64,000 nucleotides of DNA from Guillardia theta CCMP2712 (taxonomy: Eukaryota; Protista; Cryptophyta), in the NCBI RefSeq assembly GCF_000315625.1, contig NW_005434558.1, forward strand, positions 122,262 to 186,261. The letters are read 5' to 3'. The notes under the pieces were generated by a model. It did no database searches. It worked only from the letters and a program-made list of their open reading frames with translations, and had not been told where the DNA came from. The position numbers and the translations under genes were made by a program. Positions 33,000-46,560 of the stretch are shown piece by piece; position 1 is the first letter of the stretch; each line of letters opens with the position of its first letter.

Positions 33000-34051
33000 G
33001 GCGAACCAGTTCAGCGGAAGTTCAGCTCAGCCTCCGCAGACTCGAGCCTACTCCAGCTGCCGACAACTTGAGATCATCGGATGATCCGATCGTCAGTGAT
33101 CGGCCCCGGGCCCGGGCGGTCGGTCCCGGTCAGTGAGCCCGGTCGGTGCGCGATAACAACTGAGTTGTTATAACACTTCTTTTCGATCAGCCTGGCTGAC
33201 GCAAAGAGCCGCATCTCAAGCCAGATACCTCAAAGCCGTCACATCTTTTTCGCCCAAGCTACCTCCAGAAAAATGGCAAAAGAATGGGGCAACCAACTGC
33301 TACCCCACCATACTCCCGCAAAACGTCATGTTCCATCAGCGGTAGGGTAGTCTCGTTTATTGTTTTGTCAGCAGCCTTTTCGTTCGGTCATCCGCTACGT
33401 CAATACCCACCCCCACCTCATCATTCCATTTCAAACCCCCTCAATTCCAAACTGACCCCCGACTCGAAAGTCTCCGCCAGACCCTACTCCTCATGCTTTC
33501 GACTCCCTTGAGTTGCCCTCTAATCGGATGATCGTCCTACCACCCATCGCTGTGAACAACATGGGGATGGAAGTTTGCGCCACCCCTCCACCCACCCTTG
33601 AGGGTCCTTACCCTCAGTTTGTTACACCCTCGTGAACATTTTTAGTCCTGTTGCTCCGAAATCACGTGGTTTCGCGTCATCTTCCGGAAAGTCGGATCTC
33701 TGGGCTTGCAAACCTCATTCCAGGGGCAAAGTCTACCCCAGCACATGGACCGTATAAACAGACCACCCCCACCCACTTCTGGTAATGTTTTAGATGACTT
33801 TAGTACCCCTATTTTGGAGACACCACCACCTCATGCTGACAATCCGCTCACCCTTGCCTTCCTTCTTCCACTCCCCTTCGTCGCTCTCGCCGGCCTCTCA
33901 ACCCTCGTCCTCCTGGTCCTAGTCCTCCTCGTCCTCCTCGTCCTCCTCATCCCTCTACAGGACCTCAAAGCCTACTCGTCATCTTCCACCTACCTCGCAT
34001 CATACCTTTCTCCTTCACTGTACAGCCTTCAAGTACGTGGACACATCGAAC

Positions 34052-34501
34052 ATGAGATTCCTTCCATTCTCTGTCTTGCTGCCCTGTGCATGTTTGGCAT
34101 GGGCACCAACGCCAATGCTAGCACGGGATGGTTTGCTCCGATCGTCGAGCACGACGAGACCGTCCTTGCGAGTGAGTGCGCTGTCCCTCCGTGCTGTCTA
34201 CACGCCAGAGCGAAAGATTGAAAGCGCGATGGAGAAACAAGTGGAGGAGCGAAGACATGCTGCAGAGCAGTACTTCTCGGACTTTGACAGGTGGTATCAC
34301 ATCTGCCAGCAGGAGTCAGCTGCTCAGAAATACTTTGCGGAGTTCGATCACTGGTACCACCTTGACGACCGCAAGCCCGACATCTGCAGAATCTCGTGGA
34401 TGCACGATTATCCGGAGGAGACTGGCTCCAAAGTAGCCTGGAATGACGACGGAGGAGACATGCGCGACTTCTGCGGGGTCTTTGACGATCCCGACTTGTA
34501 G
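34052..34501 (+). CDS. small plastid-targeted hypothetical protein with an internal 20-aa duplication
   Basis: Leader MRFLPFSVLLPCACLA-WAP plus an R/S-rich transit peptide. Repeats AAEQYFSDFDRWYH / AAQKYFAEFDHWYH. Confidence 0.65.
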   Translation: MRFLPFSVLLPCACLAWAPTPMLARDGLLRSSSTTRPSLRVSALSLRAVYTPERKIESAMEKQVEERRHAAEQYFSDFDRWYHICQQESAAQKYFAEFDHWYHLDDRKPDICRISWMHDYPEETGSKVAWNDDGGDMRDFCGVFDDPDL

Positions 34502-34588
34502 ATCTTTATATCCTCCGTATTCAACCTGCGTATCCTGTTGGATTTGTATGTAATCTTTGTTTATATTCCAATCTTGTTGTGCTGCTGA

Positions 34589-37260
34589 CTAGACTGAACA
34601 AATGGTCACGTTGTTTCCTTTAATTTCGAGTATTATACCATATTGCAGATAGACGTTGACCTCTCCGTCCTGTGCTATATCCCTTATCCATTCTCTGGTC
34701 ACGTTGACTGAAAGATCACTGGGCAAACTGACCGTCCTTGCGAAGTCCTTTACATGTACGATGCGCTCATCATTCTTGCAGCCTCTTCGCACTCTGAGCC
34801 TTTCCTCCCAATCAGGACTGACAGACGAATGAGAAAGGCAGGGATCTTTCTTCATGCGAGGATAGGAAGTTTACCTGGTGGTGCTGATAAGAGTAGATTG
34901 CATGCCAGGGAATCAGAATGAATGGTGGAAACTTCATTGTATCAAAATAACAAGCTCCTGCACCCCTTGCACCATCCTTCTGGGTACAGTACCCATCCCA
35001 GTTTGTGGTCGGGATAGGCCTTATGGGAAGAAGAGATTCTTGGACGAGCGGGGCCGTCAATGACAAACCTTTGCCCGGTACTTGTCAACTAGCTCCCTTC
35101 CCTTTGACACTGGCATGATCCCCTCCAGCAGCATCCGAGCTGACCACTTGGCCGTCCCTAGGAAAGAGCCTCGAGCCATCGATCACCAGGAGTCCGACCT
35201 GCCCACAAGATCAGCTGGAGTTCCCAACTTGATGACGTCACGTTGTCCGCCGTTCCCGCAGACAGGGCGAAGTCTACCAGCCCCTTGACCATGGTCTGCT
35301 CGGGGAAGCAGCGTCAGACACGAGGGTCTGTGCTCCAGAGCAGGATGCCAGGTGGGTTTACCGGCAGCTCGAGATTCATGCACGAGTACTCCTCCACCAT
35401 CTCCTCGCTAACTACATCCCAGAAACTGGAGAAGGCTGTTAAGCTCAGGTTGCGGAGGATCGAGGACAGGAGAGAAGACAAAAGGAAGCGAGGACACGAC
35501 ACCATTCAAGGAGATGGGGCGAATAGAATGAGGGGAGGTAGGCAAGGTCAAGGTCCCCATTACCCGTCCGTTGCAATGACCAGGTGCCTGTCGTCGGGAA
35601 GGAGCGCAGCCTTGGTAACGAACGGCTCCTGGCAACGCACGTCACATAGGAGGAGGAAGGGGAGGGGCAGCTGACGGATGTGAGATGAGGATGTAGACTG
35701 AAGTCCCCCAGGCTCCTCGTTACCGCAAGCACCTTGTAAACACTCTCAACCATCACTACCGCCAGGCCTCCTCAAGCTCACCCCGTTGAGACGCGGGACC
35801 CCCACGGTCTTGATAAACCCGCCCAGCTCCTCCACCCTCCTCCTCTCGTTCTCGTTGTCGGGCCGATGGATCTCACAGAGCTGCTCCCCCCTCCCCCCCC
35901 TGCTGTCGCCCAGCAGCACGATCTGCGTGTCCCCCGCGTTGGCCGCCCACACTTCATCCCTTCGCACCAGCACCACCGCAGCCGTGCATCCTGCCTGGGA
36001 CTCCCTTGACCTGCAGTACTCGGCGAAGGAGGAGTCAACCATGGAGAAAGACGTCCTCAGCGCTTCCTCCGGTTCTCTTCCCTCATGCAGAAGGAGGGCA
36101 AGGAACTTCCACAGATTCTCCACCGCCCACCTTGCCGCCTCAATCCCACCGTGCCCGTCAAAGACTGCAAACATGCTGAACGGGTCCTCATCGCTCCTCT
36201 CGCACTCCTGCACCATCATGCTCTCCCTGGCGCGCCATGTGCCGACAAGGTCAGGGATGACGATGACGGCATCTTCCATGTACTTCCTTCTCCCTTGTGC
36301 CACCACAAACTCAAAGTTCCGGTCCACGGAGCCCTCTGCCGCTTCTGCAGCGCATGCGGGGGCCAGCGGAAGAATTGAGGTGCTCCCCTGCAGCGAGTAG
36401 GTCAGGCCGAGCACCCTGGAAGTCAGAGAGACGGGCTGATCCGCTTCCTCCTTCTTCCTCCTCTTCAACGAGCCCAGTCCGTCCGATCGGAGCGGAGGGC
36501 CCCAGCATCCCACTGTCGGCATCTCCTTTACATAATCGTGCTGCGCCATGGCCTGCCGGCAAAACTCGTCGTCCTCCCACACCTCCGTCGCCACCGTCTC
36601 CCCGAACTTGGCGGTGTACTCCCGGATCAAGACGCCTAGCGCCTGCTTCTTGAACGCGGAGTAGGAGCCCTTGTAGCTCTCCTCCATGAGGACGATGCGA
36701 TCAAACTCGATCTCTGCGCTCTCAAGGATCTCCCTGATTCGCTGCTCGCAACCCCGTGACCTCCCGCTGAGCAGGACAGTCGTGTGGCGGTCAGAGAAGG
36801 CCCGGTCGAGGAGCTCCAAGTAGACCTCCTGGTTGAGCCAGTCCTCGCTCGGCCTCTCTGGCACGTGAGGGGGCAGCAGCCCGGCGCTGCCGAGCCCCAT
36901 GGGGCAGGAGAGGGGGAAGAGATGCAGGGGGGTGCGAAAGAGAGTCCCATCGAAGCCGAAGACGGATAGGCAGGGCCCGTTGGAACGAGGTTTTCTCAGC
37001 TTGACGGGTGCTGCTGAGGTCTTTGCTGGCCTCCTCCAGGCCTTTGCGCCGTCGCCCTCCTCCTTGTCAACAGCGATCGTCTCCCCTGGCCCTTTCTTCT
37101 GCGCCATGGCCGGCCATCGGCACCCCCGTGCGCTGCCTCTCATGCCTGCATGCGGCAGGTGGAGAAGTGTAGGCGGAGCGAAAGCGAGAGCACCTGACGG
37201 GAATGCCGAGAGGCAGAGGCATGGCAAGAGGAGGAAGCAGCTGATTCTGAGAGAGCCCAT
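34589..37260 (-). CDS. plastid-targeted HAD-like (Swiss-army-knife type) domain + PP2C phosphatase fusion
   Basis: Leader ...ALA-FAP. HAD-like FGFDGTLFRTP, VLLSGR, VWEDD. PP2C motifs QGRRKYMED, VFDGHGG, GCTA, ANAGD, HRPD, LAVTRSLGD, IATDGLWDV. The 3' exons are approximate. Confidence 0.8.
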
Positions 37261-37810
37261 AGCCCAGTCCCTCTCGACCTGTGACCCCCGTTGGGTGAAG
37301 ACGCGCGCTTGCTCAGGACATGTTCTGCCTACTCTAGGATAGACCAGTATCTCCACTGTCATCGTGAGAAGCGAGCTCTTGCGCGGGACGACGGCATCCT
37401 TGCGACCTCACGGCGGCGAAGCAAGTCACTCGATTACTTTACAGAAGTCACTGAGGAGATGACAAGAATACTTCCACCCTCTAATTCTCTTCCTTCTCCT
37501 CTCCTTCCCACTCCCCTCCTTCCTCCCCTGCTCCTCCTCCCTTCCCACTCCTCTCCCACTCGCTCCATCGCCGCCCCCCTTCCCCTTTAGAACTGAATGG
37601 GTCCGCCTCATCGCAGGCCTCATTGCCCCTCCTACAGCACGCCAAATTTTCTTGCTTCGTTGCTTCACCTCCCCATGCAGTCGGGATCAACCTGAAGCCA
37701 GCAAAGTCAGCTCCTCTCCCCTCCCCTCCTCCTCTTCTTGCCTTCCCACTCTCCCTTCCTCGCCCTTCCTACAATCATCCTTCTCCTCGCTATCTCCTGC
37801 TCAGTAGCCC

Positions 37811-39612
37811 CTAGCAGCTCACCAAGCAGAGCAGGAAGTGAGGTCGCGTCTGTATGAAGTGAGCGATGTAGTAGAGGGAGCAGAAGAAGACGAAGGCGGG
37901 AGCGACGTTTCCGGGAACAATCTGATATTTCGTGAGAGAGCGACTGAGAACTTGCAATCCCAACCTCGAATTGTTTCTCCATCGCCCACAACACAGCATA
38001 CGTGCAGGAAATGTTGGTAACAGCGTCAATACCCCAGATGCTGGCAGATCGCGATCAGAGAGGAAAACAAGAAAAACAAGAAAAACAAGAAATAAAAAAG
38101 TACAAGCTAGCAGGAGCATCGATTCCATAGAGCAGGAGCATCATCACAAACAAGAGGTGCTCATTCAAGCTAACGAGGTTCAGCAACCTTCCGATTCCAG
38201 CGCACACGACAAGGCTGGCTAGCATCACACTGTTTGCGAGCATGTAGTCTCTGCCCTTGCTGATCCACGGGTGCGAGAGGATAAGGAGGCTGATGAAGTA
38301 GACCATGGACCCAACCACCTGCCGTTGAGATCAGAGTCGAGAAGGAGGAGAGGGAGGAGGAGGAGGAGTTGGTGGTGGTGGAGGAGGAGCATAACCGTCA
38401 TCCCCTTGCTGAATGGGCGTGTGTAATGCTGGATGCTTTCCGAGGGGCTGCTCATTGCCAGCAAAAGGTAGGCAGACAAGAAACAGAAGCTGACTAGGAG
38501 GCATCGGAACAAGTCCTGGCGGTTCTGCAGTAACGTCAGAGAAGGGGAGAGAGGATGGAGGAGGGGTAGACCTCGAAGCCGATCTCGTATCCGATGCCCA
38601 TGTAGCGGATGCCGAACCCGCACAAGTCGAACAAGGCGGCGCAAGACAAGAATCCCATCAGGGAGCTCTGAAAGAAGACGGCGAGCGGGGCCAGGACAAG
38701 AAGGCAGTAGAGCATGGCGATCCTGATTATCTGTCGCATGCCTGCCGCCTCCTGCCTGCTGAGCAAGGAGAGGCTGTAGACGATGCACGGGGCGAACCCC
38801 ATGGCTCCCGAGAGGGAGACCATGACGGCGGAGTAAGCATAACCCGGGGGGTATCTCGACCCCTGGACGACCAGGCAGAGGCAGAGGTAGAAGCCAACCA
38901 CTGAGAAGACTCCGTTCCTATGCATGGCGAGGAACGCGGAGATGACAGCTCCCGCAAAGATGTCCTTTAGAGGCAGGAGGAGCTTGATGACAAAGGGGAT
39001 GATGGTGCAGATGATGCCAACGATGGAGACGAACCATGCGATATTGACCAAGTTCATCATGCCTGCAGTAGCTCAAAGTATCAGGACCTCCCATGATGCC
39101 CAAGAGAGCTGATACCTCTCATCCTTTTCATCGTACTCTCTCTCTCATCCTCCTCCTTCAGGACGCTCTCTACCCTCAACAGCTGGTCTGCCATCACGGG
39201 GCCTGCGGACTGAAGGACTTCTCCTGCTCTCACGAGTACATGGTGTGGACACCATCCTGACCAGCATGAAGAACAAGCGCTCAAGTCAGCAGCATGCCAT
39301 CACTCCGATGATCCTACCGCTCTTCCGGCACTGGGCCCTCAGCATTCCGAGCTGGAAGGCCTGAGTCATGCTCCTTGGCTTCAGCGCGACGGCGGACGAC
39401 GCAGCGGCATCATTTGAAGGAGGCGTCCAAAGCTGCTTCAACCTGCTCTGCACGGCTGCAGGGTTCAGGCACATCCCCCATATAGTCGCAAGCGAAAGAG
39501 CTGAAGCACAGAACACAGTGACATGCGATATAGCCACCATGTTCCGACGCCTGCTCCAAAGGTCCTTAGTCCTTAGTACAGCGAAGTGGAATGCAGCATC
39601 TAGGTCTAACAT
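37811..39612 (-). CDS. multi-pass membrane hypothetical protein (multi-exon)
   Basis: Several exons encode hydrophobic helices (e.g. 38536-39060, 38055-38318). No recognisable family. Limits are approximate. Confidence 0.5.
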
Positions 39613-40566
39613 GCAACATCTAGATCAACCCCACGGGTTAGTGCCTCATTGCCTTTGAACATTATCGCAACACTGACAAGACATGACGTGGACGTTCGTA
39701 CTCAACCGAAAACCAGCATCCCCTCGATCCAAGGGAGCAAGCACGCAGAAGAGAGCGAGATGCAATGAGAACATCGACACGTCAGGTGAATGCTTCATCT
39801 TCTTCCTCGTCTCTGCATGCTCTGATGACCTCTCCTCCCTCTCCCTCCTCCGTGTCCCCTTCCAGCTCATTGCAAACTCGCCCTGCTCGCCTCAGAGCCA
39901 CTTGACTGACAGCCTTTCATTGTTTTACTCAAAGTTAGGTTAAAAATCAGTACCAGGACCTATCAGTACTGAAGCCTCTCAGTGACGTTGCCCGCCGGGC
40001 AGCAGCACTGACCGGGCCCCGACCGGGGTGAAACATTACTCATCGAACACTGTAGTACCGCCGCGCTGTGCGCATCCCCCTTTTTTACTACTTGTTACAA
40101 TCAAGGGCACCCCACCAGGTAGAAAGTAACTTTTTTGAGGATATATGACCGGTACAGCCTGAGGATTCATCAAGGTGTCACTAAGACCCGTCGAGTCATT
40201 TTTTGCACACCCACCCTCACCCCCCCGTTCACGGATAGTACCCCCATGACCCCTCTTTTGAGGCAATTTATCCCCTGTGACCTGAGGGTTTCAGAGGTAA
40301 CTTTGAGAGCTTCCTCCAACAAATGTACCCGTTCACTTCCGAGGTACATGCTAGCCTGGACCCCTGTTTTCCCCCGGGATGAGATGGGTGCCGAGCCCAT
40401 AACCTGGGTACCCCACCCCATTTCCTACCCATCGTCTGATCTGTGATCTTATCAAAGGCTGCTATTTCCATGTACCCCACCCCACCCCCTCATCCTGTAC
40501 CCTCTTTTCAACAGCAAGAATGACCCCCTTACAGGCTACGGTTCTACAGGGCATGCAGTGAAGGAA

Positions 40567-42723
40567 ATGGCGACCAGGAGGAGCGGAGGGGGCGAAGCCC
40601 CGGTCGTCTACCCTGTCGGCATGTTCATGCTCATGCTGGCCTTCATCGTCCTCCTCACTCACACCTTCCGCCTCCCCGCAATCCCTCCAGCTCTTCTTGT
40701 CGGGATCATAGCTGGTGCTGCTGAGCTGGACAAGCGCATGAACCTAGAGGCGCCGGTCATCGCAGCTCTCATCGAGCTGGGAGTTGTTCTCCTCTTATTC
40801 TTTGCAGGCCTTTCCACTGATTACGTTTCTCTTGTGCATCACTACAACACCTCTTTCTGGTTTGCTCTGATTCAGATCATAGTTCGAACCGCCATCTTCG
40901 CCGCCCTTGCCGCTGGCTCTGGTCTAAGTCAGACGGTGGAGGCAGTGATCTTCTTTGGGCTCACCTGCTCCTTCTCTTCGACCCTGATGACCGTCCAGAA
41001 TCTGCAGATGAGAGGGGAGATGAGAACTCTGCACGGGCGGATCCTGCGAGGCAGCTGCGTCTTCAAGGAGTTGATATCCTCCTTCATCATAGCCATCATC
41101 TTCGCCTTTTTCCAAGCTCGAGTCATGTTCCACTCCATGGCCACCGAGACCAGCGCCAGGAGAGGGGAAGTCAACGCCACCTCGACAGACGTGGCGAGTG
41201 ATGGCTCGCACAAGAAAGATCAACTGGGGACTGAAATAGGAAAGGCCATTGGGATATACGTGCTGGTTTGCCTTATCTTGTACGGCCTTCACAGATTATG
41301 TCTTGAGCGGGTCTTCAAGTTCTTCTCCAAGGACAGCGAGCTTCTCTTCATAGGGATCATGGCGTACGATCTGGGAGTCGGCGCTCTGGGATTTCTTGCC
41401 GGCTTCTCCCCTATGGCATGCTCGTTCCTTGCGGGGTTGAGCGCCGCGTTTCTCAAGCAGCGAGTGAGGATCGAAAACAAGGTGTCGTCGCTCAAGGACT
41501 TTGGCATGATCACTTTCTACTTCATGATGGGGATCTACGTGCAGCTCGATGCTGCCTCCTTCGGTCGGCTCGTTCCATGGTCTATCATCATCTGCTTCAT
41601 CATCACCATCGTGCTCCCCGTCCTGTTCTGGGTCTTTGGAGCCGCGATGGGCCTCAAAGGGAGAACGACTTTCATGATCTGCAACACTTTCAATTCCATG
41701 GGCGAAACCTCGTTGATCATGCAGAGCCTTGCTTATCATGCTGATATCTTTGACCGGGACCAGTACATCGTCCTCCTCCTTTCCTCTCTCTTCTCCATGG
41801 TCTTGGGGTGGATCCTCCAGACGTATCAAGTCGAGGTGCTGTCTTGCAATGCCCTCCTGCTTTCTGTCGCTGACCAGGCGTGTTGCATCTGCAGATCTAC
41901 AACCGTGTCAAGTTTCTGTTAGTGGCATTAGAGAACGTGACGGCCGAAGAAACAGAGAGGGAGAAGAAATTCTCCTACAAAGATCACATTGTCCTCTTAG
42001 GATTCAACGAGTCTGGGCTTGAGATTGCAAATCACTTCCTTGAAAAGGTTTCCAGCTCTTCTCACTCTTCTTCCGTTTTGATAGTTGATCTCCTCAGTCT
42101 TCATGACTATTGCTTGTCTTTCCCTTCCTTCCTCTCTTCCCTATCTTGTGCTAAAGTCCGAATGGCAGAAACGAGACGTCCTAATGCTCGATCTCGACCC
42201 AAGTTTGCATCGAACGATGCTCACTTCGTTCTGTGGAGCTGATGCCAGCTCGCACGGTGACGAGGAGCACGCAAAAGCTCACTTCGGCACCAACATCTTC
42301 CCCGTGTATGCTGATCCGGAGAGCGAGCTTTCATGGCATCGCTACAGGCTCAGATCGGCCTCCCTTGTTGTCTGCTGCACTATTGACCGCGACCCGAAGC
42401 CTCTGTGCAAGTACATGAAGGGAAGCAATGCGACACTCATGGTAATCACCAACAGCAACGAGGAGGCCAAAGTCCTCTATGACCTTGGGGTACACTACGC
42501 CATTCAGCAAGAGTACCTTGCGGCGCTAGAGGTCAGCATCATTCTCAAGGAGGAATATCAGGAGAGCAGCAAGGCTGACAGGTCAAGGCTCCTTCCCTTT
42601 CTTCTCTGCAATGTTCTGACAGGGTCTCACAGCTTGTTCGTCAAGAGGAGACAAAGTCACCAGGAGGAGCTCAAGGAGGAGCAAGAAAGTCACATCCGCC
42701 GGAAAATTGGCGAGTTTATGTGA
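40567..42723 (+). CDS. CPA2-family cation/H+ antiporter (KefB/KefC-like) with C-terminal TrkA-N-like domain
   Basis: ELGVVLLLFFAGL, FSST, about 12 TM helices, NSMGETS; after an intron, DHIVLLGF..G, VLMLDLDP, VYADP, A..LVVC. Confidence 0.85.
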
Positions 42724-42979
42724 GAACAATGTGAAATGGTTGTCCACGATGTTTTACGGTTTTAATGATACATGTCTAATGGTTTCATTCGAGCATTTCT
42801 TTGTACAAGGCTCTATCTTCATGGTTCAGAGTTTCCTCCCAGCAGGAAGAAAAGAATCTGCAACACGAGCTTCAGGTCGGGAGGAAAAGGATGGTCGTCA
42901 TCTCGTTACCAAGGCGTATTTCATGAGCCCCATGTTTGCATCCTGCAAGCATGGGGAGCATGAGAACTCAAAATTTCCA

Positions 42980-43781
42980 TTAACTTTCAACCTTCTCCTT
43001 GTCGTCCTGCACCTCCGCCTGCACTTTGGGTTTCAGCGGCGCGTCTGTCCACCTCACGATCCTGTCCCTGCCCATTCACTGCATTCAGCTTGACAGAACA
43101 GCATCAACTAGCTCCAGTCGAACCTCCAGCTCATGCTCCAGGAGCTCTCGTCCTGCCTCACGGTGAGCATGTACATCAGGACGGCAAAGGTTGCAATCAC
43201 CGTCTCCTTGTTGAGATGGTCCATCACCCAACCGGGGAAGCCATTATCTGATGGCAGGCAGCTCATAACCTTCCCACCACACGAGAGCAATGCGCAGTAC
43301 CTTCTGTCATGATCCGCACAGCGATGCACGACAACAACCAGATGCTGTTCGTTGAGTCACCTCGCATGCTCTTCCCTCCTCCCCTCACAACCAACCTGAC
43401 AGGGAAGTGCGAAGGGGAGTATCCTAGGAGCAGGTAGAAGGCTGCCATCGCCGATCCCAGCGTGGCATCCCGCGCGCCGATGGCGAGGACGAGGTCCATC
43501 ACCTTCCTGCGTCGCTGCTCGTTGCTCAGCTCGTGCACGTGGAAGTTGCGGAGGGAGGAGGAGTCGATCTTCTGCGTCTGCTGGGGCAGGAAGGACATAG
43601 AGGACGCCTTTCTCACGATCCATTGCGTCTTCTGGGGTTTGAACGCCTGCGATGCAAGCTGGAGCACACCGCACCTTTGCAGCTTGAGTGCTCTGGTCGA
43701 TTGGGGCAGGAGGGGTTGGAAAGCAAAGGCCCCAAGGAAGGTAGATACAAGGAGGGCAAGGAGGAGCTGATATCGCAGCAT
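42980..43781 (-). CDS. plastid-targeted hypothetical membrane protein (multi-exon)
   Basis: Leader MLRYQLLLALLVSTFLGAFA-FQP plus transit-like region. Later TM segments. Last exon ...DRIVRWTDAPLKPKVQAEVQDDKEKVES*. Confidence 0.55.
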
Positions 43782-45670
43782 TGGGCACATCTGCAGGAAG
43801 AATCACTCAATGCAAGGGGATTAAATGTCAGTAGCATCTCTTCCTGCATTTTCTGCATTTCATTTCAGGAGATCTCTCACGCTCTCATTTCAACCTCAAC
43901 AAATTTCATCGTCTCACTCCCAACAAAGATCTTCTAGCATGCAGCACAATTCAACCTCTCCATACAACTTTCATTCATCCCTGCCTCTTTCCTGCGATTT
44001 AGGTTCTGATCTCAAGAGAAAGTGAACGGGAGGTCATGCAGTCTGTCATCTCCATTCCTGCCTTCACTTCATTTCTGATGATTCCTACAACCTGACCTTG
44101 GCTTCAACTTTCTCTCTCCGTGCATTCCTCCTTCTCTTCTCTCATCTTCAACCGGAGTCGATCTCCTCGGCCCCAATTACGTGATCCGCCTACCATTCTG
44201 TAGCTCCCATTGGCAGAGCAAGGACAGCCATTCAGCCTTCTCCACCAGCTCTCTGACACCATCCTGACACTAGCTGCTACGACATGAATCGCAAACTCAT
44301 CGTATCCTCTCATCGTTCGCCCCCCCCCCCCAAAAACCCCCCCTGTTGTTGGAGCCAACCATACCAATATTTGCCACTCGCACCCTGAAGGAACGCCGTT
44401 CCCCGACACAATTCCCGAAATTGTACTTTGATTTTCAATGATTATTTTCAAATAATGAATGGTTCTTTGTAATGACTTGAAATGTGGGTCAAAAACACTG
44501 ACCTTTGTTTCAGTATTTACTCCAAATATTATTGAATTAGAACCCCTTCTGAAAATTTAATACTCTTTGGCTACTTTTTTTTCTGTGCCACCCCTTTATT
44601 CAATTTAACATTGCATTGGTGCTTAATAGTGAAAATACTCGTTATTAGCGGATGAACATCTATATGAAAGAATTAACAATAGCTGAAATTTCATTGGAAA
44701 TTAAAGAAAGTTATTCTATTAATCTATTTCCTGTTTAATAGCTCACCGGACTTATCGACCGACCGTTTCCTGTTTTTTTTCTTTTCAGAAAATACTACCC
44801 CCACCCTCCTCTGATGACCCCAGTTTTCACCCTACCCTCTCAAATATCTATTTTCACCGGTTATTTTCCACACTCACAACACCGTGTACCCCAAATGTAA
44901 TAGAAACATGGACCCACCCTTATGAAACTACACCACAGCACTTAACAAAGTACTGTTGGGTGGGGTCAATCTTCCTCATGGGGTGCATCATGGGAGAAGT
45001 AGGGGGTAAAACATCTCAAAATAGGGGGTGGGGTAGTGACAATGAGGTTGATGGAGACTGTACGGGAGATCCAGGAGACTCTTTATAATAGTTGTAGCAT
45101 GCTTATAACAATTTAAAAGGGTCTCAACCGACGCGGTGATTGTACGAGGATACCGGTCATCCTCTGGGCCTCCAGCCGTACCAGGGTCGGTCGCACTTGC
45201 CGGGCCCGGGCCGGGATGCCCCGGGCCCGGGCCGGGGAATTTAGAGTGACGAGATGCTCGTTTGGAAAGTGCATGGCAGGCAGAGCAGGGGGCGGGTAGC
45301 GAGGAGAGCGTGAAGGAAGGGAAGGAGAATGACGGAATGTAAGGGGAGAGAGGACGAAAACTGATGGCGATGAGAATGGTAGGGGGTAGAACGCAAAAAG
45401 TGCCTTTTAGGCCGAGGTTATTACGTTTCAAGTTATGCAATAAGAAGAGGATACGTTGTAAGGGCCAAAGGAGTGGAAGCGGGAGACAAGAATAAGCTCA
45501 AGAGCATTGTCAAGAGCATGAAAAAAGCAAGGATAAGAATGTCGCTCTGGGCAAGGGCAAAGACCAGAGCAAGTAAAAGTGCATGAGCAAGTGCAAGTGC
45601 ATGAGCAGCCAGGTTGTGGTGTCTTCGTAACGTATCACTACCAGGGTCTCGTCACCCTCCTGCATGAAAG

Positions 45671-46006
45671 ATGGGATTCAGGAGGAGGCAGCTGCATAAG
45701 AGGCTGCAGACAGGAGAGGAGGAGAACTTTTATGACGATGGATTCCAGCAGGTGAGGTCTTACATCAGTGACGTGAATAACTGTGAGTGTAGGCGGAGGA
45801 AGGAGCGAGCAGGAGGGAGAAGAAAGGCCTGCATGTCAGACATTCCTCTCGATCCGCCATAGACTGGCTGGTGATACATCACTTGTGGGATTTGCGGGTG
45901 GTGACTGACGAAGGGGTTGTATTAGATCCCGTCAGTGGCGTTCTTTGCTCTACTGCTCGTGTTTCTGTTCCTTTGCATTCGCACGTTCCTCCGTGACTTC
46001 TGGTAG
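45671..46006 (+). CDS. small (~53 aa) tail-anchored hypothetical membrane protein
   Basis: Exon 45671-45751 (GTGAGG donor) + exon 45926-46006 give MGFRRRQLHKRLQTGEEENFYDDGFQQ-IPSVAFFALLLVFLFLCIRTFLRDFW*. Confidence 0.45.
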
Positions 46007-46182
46007 CCTCCTTCATCCCTGCCTCTGCCCTCATCCTCTTCTCTAGTGTCAAGGTAGCTGCCTTTACTCTTCTGCTTCAATCCATAAAACACTGCTGCTG
46101 TCCACCGTCTCTAGGTACTCTCGAGCGAAGCAGTTCGAACGGTGTGCGCAGGTCTGCCTGCTGGAGGGAGGGCAAGCCAGCC

Positions 46183-46524
46183 TCAGGTCAGCAGCTTCTT
46201 CTTCAAGTCATCGTCTGCAGCTCCGCAAGTCAGAGTCCTCTCCTCTGAAGTCCTCAGCTCACCGCTAACAAAGAATAACGATCCTTTCTGCCTTCCGGAG
46301 CAGATCAGCACACCCGAGGATGAGTCGACCTGTGTTGGGAGGGGGAGGAAAAAGGAAAGAAAGACAGAAAGAGAAACCGAGGGAGAAAGAGGGGAGGAGC
46401 AAGGAGTGGGAGAGAGGGAAAAGGGAAGTTAGCGTCAGTTAGTTGGAACACTTCACACAACAACACCGTGACGAAAACATTCTCGTCACCAACCCAATAT
46501 GAAAATGTAGACTTTTGTCCACAC

Positions 46525-46560
<36 letters not shown>

